From: Azolla caroliniana
Taxonomy: Eukaryota; Plantae; Polypodiophyta
Direction of reading: 5' to 3'
Assembly: GCA_043228905.1 (NCBI GenBank)
Contig: JBHGNT010000014.1
Span: 4,836,001-4,900,000 of the forward strand
Length of the DNA: 64,000 nt
The notes under the pieces were generated by a model. The model was given only the letters and a program-made list of their open reading frames with translations, was not told the origin of the DNA and ran no database searches. The stretch's first letter is position 1; the number at the start of each line of letters is the position of its first letter. Shown here in pieces: positions 48,701 to 61,951 of the stretch. A program made the position numbers and the translations under genes.

Positions 48701-51700
48701 TATATACCTGATTTTCAGAATCATTGATTATTCTCTGCAGCTGTTCTCTAGCATAATTTGACTCTACAACCAGACGATCTCTTTCCATCCGCGCCAAGTT
48801 GGTATCTTGCCTAAAAATGTCAGAAGAATATTTAGATACTTCATTAAACACCATTACACCTCTAAAAAAATTATTTAACAGGTAACAAGAACCACATTCT
48901 GTCCAATCAATATACTAGCTTTCACCAAGTTCGACATTTTATCTTCATCTTGGGAAAGTTCCAAAGTTATAGCCAAAAAGCCAATTGATTATGCATAGGC
49001 TTCAACATAAGATTGACAATATAATATCCAAGTAGCAGCAGAAAAGGAAATTAGATTTCTGACAAATAAATAACCATAAGTTTGTATATTTAAACAACTC
49101 CTTATGTCTAATACTAAGATAAAGAAGCAGGGTCATCCACCAAAATGAAAAGCCATTTGTGCACGGTGCAACGGCTATAGGTTTACTGAGGAAGTAGCAA
49201 GATTTTTTAATGTTTTAGTACATCATAGTGCAAATGTACCCTTCTGAAAGGCCTTAAAAGACAATTACAAACGCATCACGTTTTTGGTATACCTGCATTT
49301 GCTTAATTCTTCTTCCAAAACTGACAAACGATCAGAAGTCTCTTTTCGCACCTTTTCAATTTCTTCCTGCGTTAGAAAAATAATAAATGAAGAAACAACA
49401 GATTACACTCATAGTTTTGATTATGCATCAATGTGAATATTTATTTCACCTCTGATTTGATAACCAAGTTGCGCACATCATTTCCATTACTTTCTGTAAT
49501 AACATAATTCAGTCAATAACAAATGTTTTTTAATAATATTCAAAATATATATCTACCTGTAAATTTGTTTCTGTATGAATATTACCTGTTGTGGCAATGA
49601 TCTTGTTTTCCTTTGGCAATGTACCACCAATGCGAGACTTCAGCTCCTCCTCATAAAGTCTCTTATACATCCCAACCTGAAAATCATGAGTATCAAGTAT
49701 ATCACAAGATGTAGAGAAAAATCACGAGGTCCTGAAGTGAACAGTGGCTCATAATCTCACTTTCATCCTTAAAGTGAAGATATACATACTGTCCCCTGAA
49801 GTGAAGATATAAGTTGTATCTGCTCCTCTGATTTTCTTAGAATTGTTGATACTTTTTGGGCAGCTTCATCAGTCCTCCTTTTCAGTTGCAAATCAAAGGC
49901 TTCCTGTGATACATATCCAATGAGCAAAGACAGGGCTGTCTTGTGCTAGAAGACTATTATTCATTTACCTTTAGCTCTTTCTCATGTTCCTCATTTTGCT
50001 GACTAAGAGATCGAGCAATAGCACGCAGTTGACTGTTTTGTTGAACCATTTCATGAATATCCTTGAATGTAACCTGGAAAAAAATTTAACAATAGCAAAT
50101 TGATTAAAAAAAGAATACACATAGACAAGTACCAAGTACACATTGCTCAGCGTACCAATCGTTGAGATATCAAAGCATCAGATGCTGTTGTTGGAATCAT
50201 TTCTTGGTCTTCAAAATCAGTTTTAAGAGAAGCATTGTCACCAAATAAATGGTGTTTTACATCGGCACATTCCTTTAGCAGAGTTGTTACCTAAAATGGT
50301 ACAAGAGGACATGTGAACTTGTGCATCTTGAAAGGGCATAAATCTAGATTAATATCCATCCTTCTGAATCATTACCTGATATTGAAGATCAGAGCATTCT
50401 TGCTTCAAAGCATTCAAATCACGTTCCCTCTTTCGTACTTCTGCCTGCATGGCCATAGTATGTTATAGGTTTCCTTGAAGTCGTAAACTTTATCAGTGAA
50501 TGCATCACATACCTTTAGTTCCATGATTTGATTTTCTAATGAATACTGTTCTTCAACAGACAGATGTAGTCTTTCCTCTATGAGTGCATAGGCCTCTGCC
50601 ATGCGGGAATGCTCAGCTGCAACATATTCATAAGAAAGTAAGAAGCTAGATTATTGTTAAACATAATCACCATGCGTTACACAGTAGAATAGATAGCTGA
50701 TAATAGTGATTGGAAAAAAAACCTCGTTCATCCAAAATCTGTTCTGCTCTCCGTTCTATTTCTTGAAGTACCTGTAACCAAAATCAGACAGATGAAACAA
50801 ATCATCAGAAGGCGGAAAGACCAATGGCCCATCACTGTTTTCTGGCTCCAGTCAAGAATTTGATGCGAAAGTTGACTACTTGAATTTGATTGTTCATGAT
50901 ATATATGGTGATGCCCCTACTATTATATATTGTGTTACAAAAGCTCCTACAACACCTATCCAGATAACACTCATTAACATCATTAGAAAGTACTATACAC
51001 GTTGAAGGAGAGCCTCTGAATGCCTTCTCTCTTGTCTCTCATGGCGCCAAGCATCCACAGCCTCCTGATATTTGACATATATTTTTGTTATCTGCAAAAT
51101 AAATAAGGATATTAATATGATACTAAATTCAACATCTATGAGTTTAAAGGGAAAGATAAATGCTTACACTCCATCCATCACGTAATAATGTTGCAGCTAG
51201 AGCCGTTCCTGATATTCCAGCTGGAACAATAGGAAGTACAGATGCATCATGGTGAAGTTCTTCAAGTTCAAGTGAGAGTTGCCGATCACTGGAAAGTGAA
51301 AGACCACATCTTTTTTAGAGTCTGTTAGAACATAAATACTTATTGCTTATAAAAACCTCATTACCTGATGTTGTGCCCCTTTGAGGCTGTATCTGGCAAG
51401 CTACTGAACAATGAGTAAGACTCTTCATCTTTAGCCTTCTTCAAAGATTCTATCTCCTTTTCAAGCTTTTCTATTTTCTCCTTTGCCTCCATAGCATCCT
51501 ATCAAGGGACAAATGAGTTGACCACTCATTGGACATATAGGCATAATCAAATGAAAAAGGAAAATATTCTTAGGCACATATCCCTTAATTCAAGCGACAT
51601 CAACGGAAAAGTGCTACTCAAATAGACAGCACAATACATGATGTTCCGATAACGAAAATATATTCTAGGCACATATCTCTTAATTCAAGGGACATTAAGG

Positions 51701-54700
51701 GAAAAGTGATACTCAAGTAGACAGAATATTACATGATGTTCTGATAATCTATTATGCAGGAAAGTTTCACATGCATTGTTCCTCAGAGACTTCAGTTCAG
51801 AAAATTTACAATGCACCATTATATCTGACTTCTTTTCGAGGGACAGGGATTTTGCAAAAATCACAAGAACCAGAACAATCTCGTTACCTTTTCAGCACTT
51901 TTACGCATCTCCACTTCCTTCGCTAAATGATTCTTTAATTCAGCTTCAACATCATTCAAATGAGCCTTTACCAAATCCCAACATGATAAGAAACACAGTT
52001 TTAGTGAAAGAGCATAGCTCCACATATAATAACATATCACATGCTTACCTCAAGTGCTTTGATGACACCTTCAAGATCGATGGCTTTGTTTGACCACTCC
52101 TCTGAACTTTGTTTATATAATTCAACAAGCTTTGAGGCCTGCATGAATTATGCAATTAATGTCAATGGAACTCCTTAATTGAAAGGGAGATTTGAGACTT
52201 ACGGACCTCGTAAGGAGCCTAATACAAGCAGAACTATCGCACAGCCCAGGCCGTACTTTAAACAGACAACCTTAGTTCCATACTCAAACTCACATACAAA
52301 GTGTACAATCTTGGGAAGTGTTTAATAAGATAGAATAAGAATGTGTGCTCATATAATGAGAATTGAGGGGATGAAAAGATAGCAAAAAAGGGAAAAATTA
52401 TATGAAACAAGTCCTTCCATGGGGATGCTAGACATCTACATTCTAATCAGTTATGAAGTCTGCCTATTAACACATTGACATCTCATTGAGGGATAGAGAG
52501 GTTACTGTTTCAAGCTCAAGAGAAAGGTGATTCTCTTTATTCTCTGCATTCTCCTTTGTAAATTTGAGCTCCTGGAAAAGGATCCATGACAGCACAAACA
52601 GAGAGTAATTAATAAGAAATATCATGACATCAAAACAGAAGGCAACGGTGAGTAATTCAGTGATCCACTATGCATATTTTAAACTTGTTTAGACATTTTG
52701 CTGATTCCACTGCACCTCTCGAGTCTGATTCAGGCGCAACTCCAAATCTTTCACTTGTTCCTTGTTTCTTTGAAGAGACTCCTCTGTCTGTTTGCATGTT
52801 TGTTCGACCTATAACAAGCAAGAGATATTTTACCACATCCAATATCAATTAATCAAATCAATGGAAATACGTTTTCCACAAACCATTGTAAGCTTTGAAC
52901 GCATTTCCATCTCCATATCTGAGGAACTCCTTTTTTCTTTCAGCAACGTGCTAACTTTCTCAGTTAACTCCTGATTCAGCCATGTATTATGCTGTTCCAA
53001 CAGATCTTTCTCCTGTTATCCAACATTGACGCGTGGATTCAGTAATCAAAGACAATTTTATACGAGCAAAATAAGACAAAAAAGATTTTTCCCCACCTGT
53101 GACAGGCGTGCTTGAACTGACTGAGACCGAGCCATCTCCGCTTCAGCCTCATGAAGCTTACCTTCTAGAATACTTCTTTCATCTGTCAAGAATACCTGCC
53201 ATTTCAAAAGTGAAATACAGAACAAAAAATGTTAAAATCTGGACACAAAACTTCATTGTAAGTTGTACATGAATAATATCAGCTTCCAGCAAATATGTAT
53301 CCTATTTCTCAAAGACTATTTCCAGAGCAAATGCTAGCTCTAAGTTTGATCTAGTTTGCCAAGTCATATATCATTTATAGCATTTCATATATGATTGATG
53401 TTCAAACTCTACTAATTGTGACCTAAAAATCTACAACATAAGCCACATCAAGATGGAAATATCTCTGAACTTCAGTGCAGGACGGTAATGGCCTTTATTT
53501 GTCAATGACAAGGGTGACGAGGTTGGGGTCTACATGCACAGCAAATGGCTATTGGCTGATCTAGTGTAACCCCTTTGAAGAAGACCCCACTTGTGTAGTT
53601 CTTGATTGATTGGTAGCATGAGTGATGGAACTAAAGAAAGTCTTAATTGTTCCCTATTGATGAGCTATTGTGGTTGTATTGTTGTCCAACTTCTCTCTAG
53701 TCCAAATACGGGACCAACGGTGCCTAGGAATTTTCTCGCTAGAACTAAAGAGACACAAGGAGAAGTTGATGGACAACAACAGACACACAACCTCGTCAAC
53801 AATGGGCAATCACAACTTTCTTTAGCCCCATCTTTCTTCATGCTTCAAGTCAATCAAGGGCTACACAAATGGACTCCTGGCCAGGACATTGCAAAGGGGT
53901 TACAATAGTTCAAGCAATAGCAATTTGTCATGCACATAGTCCCGAGCCTTGTAGACCATGATCTCACCACCCTTGTCTTAGGTTTAGGATTTTGAGAGCA
54001 TACCTCGAAAGTATAGCCATACAAATATTACTATATGCTGATGATATTGTGCTGACTTTTTACTCTCCGAAGGAACTACAAAGACATCTAAAAGCCATAA
54101 AAGTACTTTGTACAGACAAAGGTGTGTCAATAAACATGGATAAACTAAAGTGATGGTGTCTAACATCACCCAAGCATGGGTAGCAAGATCAGAACAAAAA
54201 TTCTTCTTCGGAGAGGAAAAGGTGGCATACACACTCCTACACATACCTGAGTAACATTTGTAGAGCCTAGGTTCTCCTTGCAGAAGGCTGATTGTGCCCA
54301 ACTTTCTCATGCATAAGCAACCCTTGGTGCTCTCAAAAGACAATGTGCATATTTGCAGTTCCATGAACCACGAACTAAACTGAGGCTATTTGATACACTA
54401 GTGGCACCAACTCTTCTCTATGGAGTAAAAACATGGAGACTAAGTCTTAACAAGGCAAATAGCTGGAAATATTTAGAAATGTAGTCGCAATGATTGCCCG
54501 GATGATAAGGAGCAAAGCATCGGTGCCCTATGATTTAATCCGGGTAGAGATGAGCAGCCCTATAATCATCAAGGCATTATTCCAATCAGTGACCTGTATC
54601 CAACATTTTTGGGAGCTCCCTAAACAAAGGTACTCAAGGTTGACACTTATGTCATCAAAACAACTTGCTGAACAGGGTAGAGATGAGCAGCCCTATAATC

Positions 54701-57700
54701 ATCAAGGCATTATTCCAATCAGTGACCTGTATCCAACATTTTTGGGAGCTCCCTAAACAAAGGTACTCAAGGTTGACACTTATGTCATCAAAACAACTTG
54801 CTGAACATGGAGACATTCATTGTTGGGTGCTGAAATGCAACAATGGTTCAAGTCACATGGCATAAATGTAAATACACTACCCCTGTTCCAATATAGCTTG
54901 GATTGTCCCCATCTAAACATGACCAAAGGTACCCTTTCAATACAAGCCAAGTAGTTCGAAGTAATTAGTATACACATCAAATGGATGATTAGAATCGGAC
55001 ATGAGAGATGAATGCGTAATCCAGATTGATATTATTAATTTGGAAACAAGATAACATAGATCAGCCCCAAAATATCAATTGGTAGGAAGATGGCCCACTA
55101 TAAGACACTTTTTACACACATCAGAGGATGGATTCATCATCAGGCCATCTTATATGGACATACATCTATCCTATGCATTCTACAGTGTGATAGGGCAGCT
55201 GTGAACTTCATCACATTAGTTAGAGATTGAGGTAGGCAAATATGAACAAATACATCTAGAAGAAAGAATTTGCCAACTGTGTCATCAGGGAGTGGAAACA
55301 ACATTATGTCACTATAGTGTTTTTTATGAAATAAGAGGAAGATACCATTGCCTCTTTAAACAAGACTTTGGCCCACCACTACACAAAGTAATGGAATATG
55401 AGGACTAAGGTGATTGGGACTTTTCTTGCTAGATCTCAAAAGTCACATGGAAAAGTTATTCATTCACATCTATCCTATGCATTATGCAGTGTGATAGGGC
55501 AGCTGTGAACTTCATCACATTAGTTCAAGATTGAGGTAGGCAAATATGCACAAATACCTCTAGAAGAAAGGATTTGCCAATTGTGTCATCAGGGAGTGGA
55601 AACAACATTATGTCACTATAGATTTTTTATGATATAAGGGGAAGATACCATTGCCTCTTTAAACGAGACTTTGGCCCACCACTACACAAGGTAATGGAAT
55701 ATGAGGACTAAGGTGCTTGGGACTTTTCTTGCTAGAACTCAAACGACACATGGAAAAGTTATTCAAGGACAATAGTACATCCACACAAGCTCATCAACGA
55801 AGCACAATCACAACTTTCTTTAGCCCCATCACTCCAATTCATGCTACAAGTCAATCAAGGGCTACATAGATGGGCTCACAACCAGGACATAACAAAGGTG
55901 TTACAATAGATCAAGCAATAGCAATTTGTCATGCACGTAGGCCCGGCCCCAAGATCACAATCTCACCACCCTTGTCATCGACATATAAAAACCATTATTT
56001 GCCACCATCCTAGGTCCTTCTCTTACTTTGGAGACCTCTCCATTCTGGATTGACCTATGTTAGAGATCTTTCAAAGACAAAAACTGCAATATACCTAACT
56101 TGAAAATCTTACATGTACCAATAACAAGATTCTTAGTCTCTATTTGTCTTTTTACTATTTCAAAATTTCAAATTAATGTGAAGAGGGTCTAAGTTGCCCT
56201 ATCACACAACAACACACATGAGATATGTAGATGTGTATCCAAATAAGAAAGCTAGATAATCAATTCATCCTATGATGTGTAAAAAGAGAGCCTTATAGTG
56301 GAATGTCGTTCAATCAAGAGATGGGGGACTAGACTAATCCATGTTCTTTCATTATACAATTCAATCATATCATCTTGGATCACTCTAATTCTTTTCCATG
56401 ATATATTCAGATGTGGACAATCCAAGCTATATTGAGATGGGGTAGTATGTTTATACGTATGCCATGCAATTGGAACCATTCTTGCATGCATCAGTATACC
56501 AAAAATCCTCATCTCCATGTTCAGCAATTTCTTTTGATGACATAAGTACTAGTTTTGAGTGCCTTTGCTGTGTTCACAGATCAGAATAATGCCTTTGTCA
56601 CTACTGGGACTACTCTCATCTCCACCCGAATTATATCATAAGGCACACTGATGCTTTGCTTCTTTCATATGGGCGATCATCGAGACTAAAGGTCTCTCTA
56701 AAATCTGTCTAGGTATCTGCCCGATGAAGGATCACTGCCAATTTTTCTACTCTGTAGAGAAGAGCTGGTGTTGCAAATGTAGCAAACAACCATAAGGTAG
56801 TTCATGGTTCTTGGAATTATATATGTGCACATTTTCTTCAAGAGCACTAAGGCTGCATATCCACCCTGCCATAGGGAGAACCATGGCCCTGTGAATGTGA
56901 TTATTAGATGTATAGAATCATGTATATGCCACCTTTTCTTCTCCTAATAAAGAAATCCAGTTCTGATCTCGTTACCCATACCTGTATGGTGTTAAAAACC
57001 ATAACTTCAGTTTTATCAAGGTTGACTACAAATCTTTATCTATACAAAATGACTTTAAAACATTTGGATTTCTTCATAATCCCTCCAAAGAGTCGGACAT
57101 CAACACAATGGCATTGGTATTTAGTAACCTTAGTATGGTTACCCCTGCTAAGAATGCTCCTAATCTACACAATCTCTCTGTGTAATTAGATATCTCATCT
57201 ATATAAAAACCAAAGGGAGTGGGTGACAGTGAGCATCCATGTTTTACTCCAATCATGCTAGCCACGACCTCCGACAACCCAATAGGAGTGCTTCCTCGCA
57301 TTGGTTCATATAGTGCTTATATCCCATTTCATATTTACAGGGAGGGTTTCTAGTCGCTGCATGGGTCAATATGTAATCCAAAGTTGTGAGCCCTATTCAG
57401 AAACCTGCATGTCTGGCTGAACAGCGGCCATTTTTCTGCCACTAGAACTGATCCATATAGTTTTATCAAATAATGGACAATCATGATAAGCCTGTAGCTG
57501 CTAGGTATCAAGGGATCCCCTCTTGAATATCGATACAATGCTAAGTTCTGTTCAGCTCCTAGGGAAGCCTTCACACAGCTCCATTAAGGAGGTGTGCAAG
57601 AAGGGGAAGCTAGGTGTCACAGGCAACCTATCAATCCATCATGATCTTGGGTCTTCCAATTTGTAACCTATAAATGGCATTTCTCATCTTTTGTGGAGGA

Positions 57701-60578
57701 AAAAAGGTGAATACACAAGGGCATGAGCCATGTGGGTGCAGGAGGGGGGCTGCTCCAAAATGTCATAAGAGTACATTTGCATATTCATGCCAAGCCTACA
57801 GTGAGGTCAGTAGTGTGCTAAATGGCCCCACTATACATTTTCCTATAGAGTGAAACAAGTCAAATATTAAACACTATATGATAGAAGAACCAACGAATAT
57901 TACTTATTTATAGAGTGTTTCAGTAACAAAGCTTTACATTATATTGACCAATATTGACTTGCAAAAATATATCCATTACAACGGTCTTCATAACTGACAA
58001 AAACAAATTTCTCATATTCATTCTTCAAGGAAAACAGTAGGCATTGTTTCATATTTCAATGCATAGGTTCAACACTTACAATTTTGTCAAGGTACATTTT
58101 TATATATGTATTCTTTTCATTCATCTCTGTGTTCTTCTGCTCCACAATTTCCAATAGTTCTCTACGCGCTTTTCGTATTTCGTTGAGCTCACATGAAGAT
58201 CGTTCCCTGTCAGTATCTCTTTTCATCTACAACAAAAAATTGCTATATTGAGTAGTCATGAATGAGCTAGTTGTGAAAATTATGGACTTCAAAGCTGACT
58301 TACAACCAATTCATTAATCAGTAACATGAAGGAGCATGAAAAATGCAATATGATGATGATGCATATGCTTCAGAGAGCACTTTTGCACATTATAACACAT
58401 ATGATTACTTCAAAACATTATTAGCTCATAGGAATATGGAATCACCATTCCTATCGATTGAAATTCCTTCACAATTCCCAAAAAGGAACTGAAATATATA
58501 TCGCCTAATCCCAATGAAAATAAATCATAAGTTGAATATGTTCTCATGATTGTATAACATACTATGGAGCATAATCTGCAAACAGTGCAAAAATGTTTAA
58601 GAGTTTCCAAGTTGATCATGGTGGTAATTGCATAGCCAATTTGAGGAGAGAAGCAGGCAATATGAAACCGTGATATCAAACCAGAAATAGAAACAAATAC
58701 ATTAAAAAAACTAATCCAATTATTGACTTCTGGGAAATTTGTAGCTCTGCACACTGAAAAACCTTCTGATCCATATGTTAAGGGAAACTGGCCAGCTGAT
58801 CTAAGTAAAATGAGGGAAATATGACTCAACTACTAAACACTAATTGATTATGGAAGTCTTTATTTAATGACGTCCCTAAAATACTTGAGTCTTGACAGTT
58901 AAGCCAAAACGTTGATGAGCTTTGAACAATGTATCGCATATGTTAGGCATGGCATGTCATGTTATAAGTAATATTACTGTAGGTTACTTAGAAAAATAAA
59001 TGTTGATTCATACTTCTTTCTTAGTCCTAAATTTCTAGACCATAATTCTATCATACTATGGACTTTATACAGCATTTCAAGAACTCTCTATGGTGCTTAA
59101 ACATTATAGTAATTGTAAGATTTTATTGCATCAAGTGTATTTTCGCCACTATTGTACTGTTCTCGATTTATTAATTAATTGCATTAGTCATGCATGTGGA
59201 CACTGCACACATTACTACTTGCTTTTACTGAACTATTAATGCATTAAGTCACTGCTGCTTTCTAATTATCCTCATTCTACTCATGAGTTTCTGGATAAAT
59301 ATCATGACCACATAATTTATGTTCAAAACCATGCCCATCGAATTCCTGGGAAATGGGGGAGAGAAAGAAAGATATATTAACGTCTTTTATAAGGCCAAAA
59401 TGGCCTATAAGACCAAACAGAAGATTACATCTTAAGTGTTGTCTCGTCTTTGAGAACAAATCAAAATAAAATAAAGATTACACAGTAAATATAAAAGTAA
59501 ATAAGATGAAAAAAAGGAAACGAGGGAATCTGGTTTTTGGCAAACGTGAGATTCTCAGGTTAGAGAGAGAGAGAGAGAGAGATGAATGATACATTGAAAA
59601 TCCGAACAAAAGATGTGAACGACCATCGAACCCTAGACATCTTGTATAAAAGACTGTAGAGTTTAAGCACGTGTACTGAAAATAGTAACTTTTCTAGGCT
59701 AGAAGCCTCCTGTTTTATTATTAGACTCAATATACCCATGGATACAAACATAGATAACAATAGTACATATGTATAAAAATGCACATGTATAGGGGAGAGA
59801 GAGAGAGAGAGAGAAAAAACATCGAAATACACTTTAAATGCAAACAAGCAAGGACATCAAGCATCCAAATACATAAGTTATATTCAAAATGATACCAAAA
59901 CATCTTCCTCTCAAAATAAAGAAGCATATAAAACATGAAATAACTAGCTTATTTGCTAACAGGAAAGAACATATCAATTCAAGCTTCAGCTGATGGATTT
60001 CATTTCCAAATTGAGGATGTTCAAATGCATGTACAAAAATTCATGCCAAAATATTCAATTTATAAACATCTCTTGAGTAAATTCCCACTTGAACACCTTT
60101 TTCTTTATTAGAGTCCACTTTCTATACCGAGAAAATATCAGAAAATCCAGTTTGAATGAATTGTTTTCGTAAAAGTGCATCAAAAAGAATTACATTGTCT
60201 ATATATGTACATAGAGAAACACTGAACTTGCAGTTTAAACGCAAAACAAACACAAGATAGGTGAAGCCTTACCAATTCAAGCTCCAGCTTATGGACTTGT
60301 GCTTGAGCCTGCGAGAGCTCTGCCGATCGGCTTTGCAATGTATTCTCAAGCTGAGTCTTGGTATTTTCCATCTCCCGGAACTGCGCGGAGATGGCGAGGA
60401 ACTTCTGCTCAACCACGGAACACCGCTGCTCGGAAGTGATGGCGGAAGCATCAGCGCGCGCTTTCATAGCCTCCAGCTTCTGAGAGAGATCGAGAATATA
60501 CGCGTCGGCACGCTCTGCGACGAGAGAGACATCAGAGCCTGCTGCTTCGAGCTCCGAATCAGTGATGAACAGAGGCAT
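39731..60578 (-). CDS. NUA: Nuclear pore anchor / TPR (Mlp1/2, Megator) nuclear-basket coiled-coil nucleoporin, about 50 coding exons
   Basis: N-terminus MPLFITDSELEAAGSDVSLVAERADAYI..KARADASAITSEQRCSVVEQKF matches plant NUA (MPLF..VAERAD..A.ITAEQTCSL.EQK). Internal exons include MAEAYALIEE, VLARNVEFSQIITDYQRRLRE, KEWVEMKHEL, WRAAQTNYERQ and EMRLLRESNEQLR. Exons include 60578-60273, 58226-58080, 53195-53097 ... 41459-40104 (acidic tail), 39956-39905, 39810-39731 (stop TGA). Confidence 0.93.
47448..47625 (-). repeat. Two decayed tandem copies of the acceptor and 5' part of NUA exon 47405-47226
   Basis: The copy at 47619 reads tttgcag|KEWVEMKHELEC*. The copy at about 47513 has AG->AA and TGG->TGA. 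Confidence 0.75.
53480..56010 (+). mobile_element. Decayed LINE (RT C-terminus, zinc finger, 3'UTR) in NUA intron 2 with internal duplications
   Basis: ILLYADDIVL at about 54025-54055 and LEIEVGKYEQIHLEERICQLCHQ twice (304-bp duplication, 55162/55466). Perfect 133-bp duplication 54542-54674/54675-54807. 3'UTR copies at about 53770-53978 and 55790-56010, plus an inverted one at about 53480-53645. Confidence 0.8.
56170..57575 (-). mobile_element. Decayed LINE RT region, opposite orientation to 53480-56010
   Basis: GDPLIPSSYRLIMI, IGVKHGCSLSPTPFGFYIDE (GV.QG..LSP.LF motif) and decayed YADD box LLNTNAIVLMS. Confidence 0.75.
59360..59450 (-). mobile_element. Short LINE 3' end with (TTTC) tail; related remnant at about 47690-47757
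   Basis: Reverse complement gatgtaatcttctgtttggtcttataggccattttggcc..gacgttaatatatctttctttc resembles the 3'UTR at 200-260 and 598-668. Confidence 0.55.
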
Positions 60579-60695
60579 GGTAGAGAGGACTATCCTTGTC
60601 CTTTATAAATATGTATATAATCTCTTCTCTTCCCTCTGCCGCTCTTTCTTTCCTTCTTTCGTTCTGCTGTGGCAAAGATAGAGGAGGACGGGGTG

Positions 60696-60736
60696 AGGGT
60701 TTCTAGGGTTTACAGGTAGTATAGGTTTAGGGTTTA
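60696..60736 (-). promoter_or_regulatory. Telo-box motifs in NUA 5'UTR
   Basis: ctagggttt (60703) and tttagggttt (60726) read AAACCCTA on the coding strand, within a CT-rich leader. Confidence 0.5.
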
Positions 60737-61143
60737 CTAGTTCTCTCGTTTCTTTCTCCCTTTACTTTCGTCGCCATAGCTTCCTTCTGAAGAAGAAGAA
60801 GAAGAAGAAATAGCGAGAGATATGTTTGCTTTATTTCCAAAATATGCCCCCTCTTTCAAAGACATCGGAAATTCCCCCCCCCCACCCCCAAAAGAAACAC
60901 GTGTCACACACAGAGACTAAAGGAGAGCGGCTCTTGGAAACATGTCTCGGAAGCAATGCAGGAAACTGTGTTTATGTCTGCTCGAATAGAAACGAAATAC
61001 CATCGTCTCCTGACCTGACTCATTCATTGCATCCATCGGATCGGGTAAAGGCACACCTTGGATCGCCTGTTAACACCCGATCGATTAGATTAGCATGTTT
61101 CCTCGTAGCCTAGCATTGATTCTCCTTCTACCCCTGTAATCAT

Positions 61144-61223
<80 letters not shown>
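61144..61223. repeat. (GAT)n microsatellite, about 26 units
   Basis: Read directly from the sequence. Confidence 0.95.
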
Positions 61224-61319
61224 CTCGCTGGCTCGGCCTACATTTGATTGCATTGTAGAAAGTCGATTTTGCATGCATTTGACCCATAAATTCCTGTTGT
61301 AACAGTCCATTCCTGCTTC

Positions 61320-61951
61320 GAATGAGTCCTACTTTATAGCTCCATGCAAACGGTAGATTGCACCGAGTTTATCTGAAATGATGTAGCACCGACTTTCAAG
61401 CCATTGAGGTCACTATCACTGGAGCATGATGTTAAATTTAGTCACTCAATTGGAAATGCCCATATAATAACAGTTTTGAATGAGTCTTACTTTATAGCTC
61501 CATGCAAACGGTAGATTGCACCGAGTTTATCTGAAATGATGTAGCACCGACTTTCAAGCCATTGAGGTCACTATCACTGGAGCATGATGTTAAATTTAGT
61601 CACTCAATTGGAAATGCCCATATAATAACAGTTTTGAATGAGTCTTACTTTATAGCTCCATGCAAACGGTAGATTGCACCGAGTTTATCTGAAATGATGT
61701 AGCACCGACTTTCAAGCCATTGAGGTCACTATCACTGGAGCATGATGTTAAATTTAGTCACTCAATTGGAAATGCCCATATAATAACAGTTTTGAATGAG
61801 TCCTACTTTATAGCTCCATGCAAACGGTAGATTGCACCGAGTTTATCTGAAATGATGTAGCACCGACTTTCAAGCCATTGAGGTCACTATCACTGGAGCA
61901 TGATGTTAAATTTAGTCACTCAATTGGAAATGCCCATATAATAACAGTTTT
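61320..61951. repeat. Four near-identical tandem 158-bp units
   Basis: Units start at 61320, 61478, 61636 and 61794. The only difference seen is gtcctac (units 1, 4) versus gtcttac (units 2, 3). Confidence 0.95.

Noticed and set aside
2802-60578. SMC-like gene and NUA as a functional nuclear-architecture cluster
   Set aside because: They are 30 kb apart and separated by TEs. Neighbourhood in a plant genome is not evidence of co-function without conserved synteny.
61090-61287. Poly-Ser ORF, and ER/LS-repeat ORFs at 13865-14334 and 59560-59936
   Set aside because: These are translations of (GAT)n and (AG)n microsatellites.
61320-61951. CRISPR-like array
   Set aside because: The units are contiguous with no unique spacers, the context is eukaryotic, and there are no cas genes.
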